DNA of 64,000 nt from a virus. Each line of letters opens with the position of its first letter. Within the stretch, counting starts at the first letter, position 1. Under the pieces are notes generated by a model. That model saw only the letters and a list, made by a program, of their open reading frames with translations, was not told the origin of the DNA and did no database searches. Location of the stretch: positions 1 to 64,000 of the IMG/VR virus record IMGVR_UViG_3300031566_000009; one strand, written 5' to 3'. The position numbers and the translations under genes are program-made. Positions 58,409 through 64,000 of this stretch are shown here, piece after piece.

Positions 58409-58982
58409 GAAAGTGCTGCTTAGGGCTTACGATAACTCTGTAGACGATGGCTGGGATGTCGTGAAATGGCGGAATAATCCGCAAGTAAAGCCCTTCTTCT
58501 TCGAGGAGGAGCCACTTTCTCTGGATGCACATTTTGAGTGGGTTGAGAAAATTACGCATAATCTAAATGCTAAATATTACATGATTCAACTTGTAAACGA
58601 AGCCGATCCAGCTTTTGGAGTTCAAAAAGACGGAGATATCGGCACGATAGGACTGAATCACATCGATTGGCGAAGTCACACAGCAGAATTGAGTTGGTTT
58701 CTCATTGGTGAAGTAAAATATCGCAGTTGGGGCTATGGCACGGAGGCTGTATTCTTACTCCTTGATTATGCTTTCAATCACCTTAACCTTAACAAAATCG
58801 GGCTGTATACAATGGCTCTAAATGAGGGTGCTAGGGCGGTTTATCAAAAGATGGGTTTTCAGGAAGAGGGCGTTTTAAGAGAACAGAAATTTAAGAATGG
58901 TCAATATATAGATGTCCACATTTACGGCTTGCTGCGAGAGGACTTCAACGATCTGAAGAAGGAGAACCTTATTGGAGAGTAG
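58395..58982 (+). CDS. GNAT N-acetyltransferase (PseH/RimL-like)
   Basis: WRN.P, IG...R.WGYGTEA, N..A..VY.KMGF..EG.LR. Confidence 0.88.
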   Translation: MLAGKKVLLRAYDNSVDDGWDVVKWRNNPQVKPFFFEEEPLSLDAHFEWVEKITHNLNAKYYMIQLVNEADPAFGVQKDGDIGTIGLNHIDWRSHTAELSWFLIGEVKYRSWGYGTEAVFLLLDYAFNHLNLNKIGLYTMALNEGARAVYQKMGFQEEGVLREQKFKNGQYIDVHIYGLLREDFNDLKKENLIGE

Positions 58983-59550
58983 GGACTTCGAGAAACGTAC
59001 AGTTCAATTTTTACAAGAATGTGGAATCTCTGGGAAGTCCGCTCTCGACATTGGAGCTAGATATAATCTAGAATATGGCGCAGGTTTATTTGAGGGTCTA
59101 CAGCGATTTGGTGTTGAGGACTACACAATACTGGAAATCTTTGAAGATAATGTAAGAGAATTAGGAGAACGCGGCTACCCTGTGGTGCAGGGAGATGTAC
59201 GAGAGGTACAGAGATACTTTCTACCAGAAAGTTTCGATATAGTTTGTTGGATTCATGGCTTAGAGCACCTGAACAATTTTGCGGAGATACAAAAAACTAT
59301 TAAGAAGCTGAAGAGGCTAACAAGTAAGTGGTTGATTCTCTCGTTTCCAATTGGTATTGAGAAGCAAGGCGAATCTTATGGTAATCCATTTGAAAAGCAT
59401 AGTTATACGATTGCGGGTGTGAAAAAGATATTAAGTTGCTTTGATAGGAAGGAGAATGTTCGATATATCGTATATCGTAGGTTGCCAAGAAAAGTTGGTT
59501 TAGTCGCTGTGAAGTTCAATCCCAATGCAGTGATTCTCTATGAAAAGTGA
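58972..59550 (+). CDS. Class I SAM-dependent methyltransferase
   Basis: ALDIGA, GDV, FDIV and HGLEHL. Confidence 0.75.
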   Translation: MESRDFEKRTVQFLQECGISGKSALDIGARYNLEYGAGLFEGLQRFGVEDYTILEIFEDNVRELGERGYPVVQGDVREVQRYFLPESFDIVCWIHGLEHLNNFAEIQKTIKKLKRLTSKWLILSFPIGIEKQGESYGNPFEKHSYTIAGVKKILSCFDRKENVRYIVYRRLPRKVGLVAVKFNPNAVILYEK

Positions 59551-60496
59551 GAAGATATCACGCTTACAGCAAAAGAAAACTTTAACGGTGCATATCATCG
59601 CTCCCTCAGATATTAGTCCTTCAAAATACGCCCGAAGTTTGTGGGGAGATAATTGGGTAAAGGAGGAATTGTCCAAGGCTTTGAAGAAACTAGGTTATCG
59701 TATTTCAATTAGTAGACCAGATGTGCATCCACCAGATGTGTTGATTCACCTCTCTGGTGGTGAAATAGAGTACGTGTATAAAAAGAGAATAGAGCAGTTT
59801 CCAAATAGTATCTACAAAATCGCGTGGATTTATTCACACCCTGAAAAGGTCTCTACAACAAATTTGCGTGGATACGATAGGATCTATTGTTGTTCTACAT
59901 TCTTCATCAAGAAATTGTGGGAGATGGGTTACACAGAAGCGCGAGTAATGTTAGGTGCGACTTCTAAGAGACCTATAAGTATGCCTAATAAATATGATGT
60001 CGTCTTCGTAGGAAATAATAGAGGCCCACACGGGATGGATGGTCGAGCGATCATTAACCATATTAAATCCCTTGGAAACCTTCCTTATAGAATCGGTATC
60101 TGGGGCAGCAATTGGGAGAACAATCAAGTCCCCAAGTCATGGTATGGTGGTCGCTATTGGCCGTATGAGGAGTTGAATAAACTCTATGCCTCCTCGAAGA
60201 TTTGCCTCCAAGATCACAGGACAGAGATGGTCAATGAGGGTTTTGTTTCCGTAAAACTCTTTGACATTCTTGCATCTGGTAGTCTTGCCATCAGTGATGC
60301 CAACAAAGGCATCGATCCCATCTTCAAAGGCGCTGTGCCACAGTATGAATCTGCACAGCATTTGAAACAACTATTAGATCACTATATCAATAATCCACAA
60401 GAAAGAGAACGTTTAATCAAGTTAGGTCAAAAAACCGCCTTCGCCTGCACCTGGGAGAAAAGGGCAGCCTTATTCGTGGAGGAACTCCGTGGCTGA
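59540..60496 (+). CDS. Glycosyltransferase (GT-B, CgeB/YkvP-like)
   Basis: DVVFVGN, LY.SSKI.L, KLFDILASG, G...A...TWEKR. Confidence 0.82.
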   Translation: MKSEKISRLQQKKTLTVHIIAPSDISPSKYARSLWGDNWVKEELSKALKKLGYRISISRPDVHPPDVLIHLSGGEIEYVYKKRIEQFPNSIYKIAWIYSHPEKVSTTNLRGYDRIYCCSTFFIKKLWEMGYTEARVMLGATSKRPISMPNKYDVVFVGNNRGPHGMDGRAIINHIKSLGNLPYRIGIWGSNWENNQVPKSWYGGRYWPYEELNKLYASSKICLQDHRTEMVNEGFVSVKLFDILASGSLAISDANKGIDPIFKGAVPQYESAQHLKQLLDHYINNPQERERLIKLGQKTAFACTWEKRAALFVEELRG

Positions 60497-61421
60497 ACGA
60501 ATCTTTTATGTAGATTTATTTGAGAAGACCAACTCTAACTTTTATTGGCTCAATGCTTTCCGAAAACTTGGTGTAGTTCAACACTTCGACATTCGGAGTA
60601 AAAAGGAACGTCTCGAAAGCATCATCCTCGATTTTGCGCCGACACATATTCATCTTGGCGGTAGTGTAAAGCCTGGGAGAAGCGTCGATGCTCGAATGTT
60701 ACGAAGAGTCAAAGATGAATTAAATTGTGGTGTCTCTGCTTTCTATGGCGACCGACCTTACTCTGAGTATCATTTGCGACTTGCTAGAGTTGCAGCAGAT
60801 TATGTTTACATCTCAAATAAAACACACGTAAAACAGAATATTGAAAAGTGTGTTTTCAACTGTGCATACCTTCCCTGTCCTACCGAGCCAAGTATATTCA
60901 AGTATTGTCCATCGGAGCAGATTTACGATGTCGTTTTTCCTGGTTGGAATAACGATCCCTCCAGACGTAGAACTTTGAATGAGTTGCACAAGAGATTCAA
61001 TCTCTATGTGGCTGGCCCGAATTGGGCAGGAACACAATTTAAGTCTCTCAGCCCCGCTTTCGGTGAGGACTTTGCTAAATTGTGTGGACAAACGAAGATT
61101 ATGCTCAGTCTGATCGGAGACGAATGGCGACATTTAGAAGGATACTTCTCAAATCGCTTGCCCAATGTTTTAGGTTCTCGTTGCTTCCTTATTCAGACTT
61201 ATTCTGAAGGAATCGAGGATTTATTCACCAATCACAAGCATCTGGTATGGTACAAATCAGATCAGGAACTCTTTGCTATGCTTGATTATTATTTGAAACA
61301 CCCAAAAGAGCGTACAGAAATTGCTAATAGTGGACAGGAAGAAGTTTTAGCACGCTATACATTCACTCAACACACAAAAAAGATGATAAAAGAGTGTCAT
61401 GTTGCAACTCAATCTAGGTAG
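60489..61421 (+). CDS. Glycosyltransferase (GT-B, CgeB/YkvP-like)
   Basis: DVVFPG, YFSNRL..VLG...F, YYL.HP.ER..IA..G. Confidence 0.82.
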   Translation: MAERIFYVDLFEKTNSNFYWLNAFRKLGVVQHFDIRSKKERLESIILDFAPTHIHLGGSVKPGRSVDARMLRRVKDELNCGVSAFYGDRPYSEYHLRLARVAADYVYISNKTHVKQNIEKCVFNCAYLPCPTEPSIFKYCPSEQIYDVVFPGWNNDPSRRRTLNELHKRFNLYVAGPNWAGTQFKSLSPAFGEDFAKLCGQTKIMLSLIGDEWRHLEGYFSNRLPNVLGSRCFLIQTYSEGIEDLFTNHKHLVWYKSDQELFAMLDYYLKHPKERTEIANSGQEEVLARYTFTQHTKKMIKECHVATQSR

Positions 61422-61887
61422 TGGAACTTCGCGGATGGCCGGATTTAAAAACATCGACAAATACGCGAAGGAGGCGGATCTGAATGTAGACGCTTCTGAA
61501 CTTCCTTATGCTAATGATACAGTAGATAAGATTTATACGTCTCATATGGTTGAGCATGTAACCCTTCCTGAGTTCCAGAAGATGCTGAGAGAATGGAGGA
61601 GAGTTCTAAGGTTTGGTGGAGTATTGATGATTCGTTGCCCAAATATTGAGGCTTATCTAAGGAGATGGTTGGCAGGCGATTACAAATTGCGCTGGGGCGA
61701 AGGTTTGACCTGGCTTTTGGGATCGGTCTCAAGAGGAAAAGGGCATATCAATAGGAACTTTTTCACGGCGGATAGGATGCACCAGATTGTTAAAGATTCT
61801 GGTTTCAAGATAAGGAGATGTACTGTTTATCCAACTAGGTCAGGACATATGCCAGATGGCGACATACTCTGTGAGGCTATAAAGTGA
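61399..61887 (+). CDS. SAM-dependent methyltransferase (type 11)
   Basis: LNLGSG, NID, SHMVEH and E..RVL..GG. Confidence 0.85.
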   Translation: MLQLNLGSGTSRMAGFKNIDKYAKEADLNVDASELPYANDTVDKIYTSHMVEHVTLPEFQKMLREWRRVLRFGGVLMIRCPNIEAYLRRWLAGDYKLRWGEGLTWLLGSVSRGKGHINRNFFTADRMHQIVKDSGFKIRRCTVYPTRSGHMPDGDILCEAIK

Positions 61888-63131
61888 CTTTCTTATCTGT
61901 GGTAACTCGGTCTTGTGGAAGAACTAGACTTCTCGCAAGAAATAGAAAATCGCTTGCTACTCAAATTGATCCAGACTATGAACATATCATAATTACTGAT
62001 AATGAGCATAAAGGACTGCACGAAGCCAATAAAAGTCTGAGTAAAAATAAGCACAGGGTGAAAGGAAAGTATGTTCTTATCTTAGATGATGATGACTATA
62101 TTAGCGACCGAAGTTTCATCAAGCATTTAAAGAATGTCGTCGCACAACATCCTGTTGACATCATTCTTTTCAAAGTTTACCGTAAACAGTTTAGCGAAAC
62201 GTTACCTTCTAAGAGAACTTGGGGGAAACCACCCGTATTGGGAGAAATCGGCTCTTGTTGCTTCGTGGTAAAGTATGCAATTTGGAGACGCTATATCCAT
62301 GAGTTTGGACAGCCAAGATATGGAGATTATCATTTTATCAAGGCTTTATTTAATGCAGGATGTAGTCATTACTGGGTGAATCGAACGATGATTACGGTGG
62401 ATAAAATAGGAGGTGGAAAAGGCTTACCCATCAAGGTTGTGGTATCACCAGATGTAGAAAAGGTTTATCCACAAGTAACAGTAGTATTAGTAAATTACTG
62501 CACGAAAGAATTAACGAACGAGGCGAGACGAACGATGATGCTGTATTATCCAAAAATATCTATTATAATGATAGATAATGGATCTAAAGATGGGTCCACA
62601 GAGTATATCAAAGTGGTCGGAGAGATGCACGAGAATATAACAACTATCTTGAATGAGCAGAATATTGGACATGGCCCTGCAATGAATCAGGGTATCAATT
62701 TAGCTAAGACTCCATTCGTATTTCTTTACGATTCAGACGCCTCATTAAAATGCTCAGATCTCTTAGAAATGATGTTGGCAGAGTTTGCGAAGAATCCAAA
62801 TCTCTATGCAATTGGTTGGCTCAGAAAGGTAGATAAATTTTCAGGCGTGCCTACAGGGGGTAAAGGAGGAATGGATTATGTTCACCCACACGCAGCAATG
62901 ATTGATAGGGAAAAATTTCTTCAATTGACACCGATGGAAAACAGCGGAGCGCCATGCACCGCAAATATGCGGGCTGCGTTGGAAAGAGGCTATCAATTGA
63001 AGGATTTCCCTGTCCAGAGTTATGTAAAGCATTTGATCGCAGGTACGAGACGGAGATTCGGAGGGCATTGGAAGCCTGGTTCAACTATGAGAGCAAAAAC
63101 GTGGAGAGCGGACGAACACTATCCTATCTAA
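61884..63131 (+). CDS. Tandem two-domain glycosyltransferase family 2
   Basis: First domain ILDDDD; second domain IDNGSKDGS, NIGHG and YDSD. Confidence 0.87.
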   Translation: MTFLSVVTRSCGRTRLLARNRKSLATQIDPDYEHIIITDNEHKGLHEANKSLSKNKHRVKGKYVLILDDDDYISDRSFIKHLKNVVAQHPVDIILFKVYRKQFSETLPSKRTWGKPPVLGEIGSCCFVVKYAIWRRYIHEFGQPRYGDYHFIKALFNAGCSHYWVNRTMITVDKIGGGKGLPIKVVVSPDVEKVYPQVTVVLVNYCTKELTNEARRTMMLYYPKISIIMIDNGSKDGSTEYIKVVGEMHENITTILNEQNIGHGPAMNQGINLAKTPFVFLYDSDASLKCSDLLEMMLAEFAKNPNLYAIGWLRKVDKFSGVPTGGKGGMDYVHPHAAMIDREKFLQLTPMENSGAPCTANMRAALERGYQLKDFPVQSYVKHLIAGTRRRFGGHWKPGSTMRAKTWRADEHYPI

Positions 63132-63143
63132 TAATGGGGAAAA

Positions 63144-64000
63144 ATGAAATTATTTCTTAGTCCTAACGCACCCGATATAAATATCTCGCAGAAGTCCATC
63201 ACAGGGGTTGAACGAGTCATCCTTGAACAACGACGTTACTTGACAGATTATCTGAAATTCGTTGATTCTCCACTAGAGGCAGATGTCATCGCGGCGCATG
63301 TTGTTCCCTACGCTGATACAGTTCCAGATGTACTTCACAACCACGGACTTTATCCCACAGGGGAATTTGCCCTGCCCGTATGGATGTGGCGAGGAAATAA
63401 AAATGTTGTAAGTGCAATTCGTCGAGCCAAAAAGATTACAGTTCCATCCCCGTGGGTCGCTGAGATCTTCATCAGAGACATGGGCTTCTGTCCAACTATC
63501 ATCTCGCATGGCATTCGTCTTGAAGAATGGCAAGAACCTCTTACAGCAAGGGAAATGAATGTAGTTTTCAATAAGAATCGAGTCGATGCTGTCTGCACTC
63601 CAGAACCTGCGCAACGCTTGGCCGCATTGTGTCCTGGTATAAAGTTCCTTTCCACTTTTGGCTCGCCAACTAAGAATTTAAATGTTATTGGCCTCCAACC
63701 CTACGAGACCATGAAGGAAATCCTCTACAAAAATGGTATTTATTTCGCGCCAACGAAAGAGACGTTCGGGATTGGAATTCTCGAAGCCTTCGCCGCAGGG
63801 ATGCCTGTATTGGCTTGGTCATGGGGCAACGCCGTCGAATTAGTCGCTCATAAAAAGACTGGATACCTAGCCAAACCAGGCGACTACGACGATACTGTAG
63901 CAGGACTAAGGTATTGCATCGACAATTTCGACAAACTTTCACAAGCCGCTCGACAAGAAGCCCTAAAACACGACTGGAAAGAAATTATCCCAAAATACGT
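63144..64000 (+). CDS. Glycosyltransferase family 4 (3'-partial, absent from the ORF track)
   Basis: ATG 63144 MKLFLSPNAP..., with PS.WVA, I.HGI and ETFGIGILEAFAAGMPV; runs to the window end. Confidence 0.88.
   Translation, partial: MKLFLSPNAPDINISQKSITGVERVILEQRRYLTDYLKFVDSPLEADVIAAHVVPYADTVPDVLHNHGLYPTGEFALPVWMWRGNKNVVSAIRRAKKITVPSPWVAEIFIRDMGFCPTIISHGIRLEEWQEPLTAREMNVVFNKNRVDAVCTPEPAQRLAALCPGIKFLSTFGSPTKNLNVIGLQPYETMKEILYKNGIYFAPTKETFGIGILEAFAAGMPVLAWSWGNAVELVAHKKTGYLAKPGDYDDTVAGLRYCIDNFDKLSQAARQEALKHDWKEIIPKY

Overview
The whole window is part of a tailed dsDNA phage genome (Caudoviricetes, siphovirus-like tail genes). No host genes or integrase are visible. Layout: end of a tail/lysis module (+, 1-3589); a leftward replication and nucleotide-metabolism arm (SNF2 helicase, GIY-YIG endonuclease, Cas4-like nuclease, RuvC-like resolvase, NrdD, UDG-PolA fusion, primase-ATPase, adenine/N4C methyltransferases); many small leftward early genes behind repeated sigma70 promoters; a 1 kb non-coding region with nested perfect inverted repeats (origin candidate); a divergence point carrying a GCTGGTGG-rich tandem array; rightward early genes including a two-frame C5 methyltransferase; then terminase, intein-containing portal, protease/scaffold, major capsid protein and an 8 kb sugar-modification/glycosyltransferase cluster that runs off the end. 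The most striking element is a promoter-driven operon of three unannotated Y RNA-like genes followed by Ro60 (TROVE). One of the three is a normally ordered tRNA body whose anticodon arm is replaced by a circularly permuted Ro60-binding stem. NrdD suggests an anaerobic host, and strong AGGAGG ribosome sites with extended -10 promoters suggest a Terrabacteria-type host (both inference). All calls come from reading motifs by eye; no searches were run.
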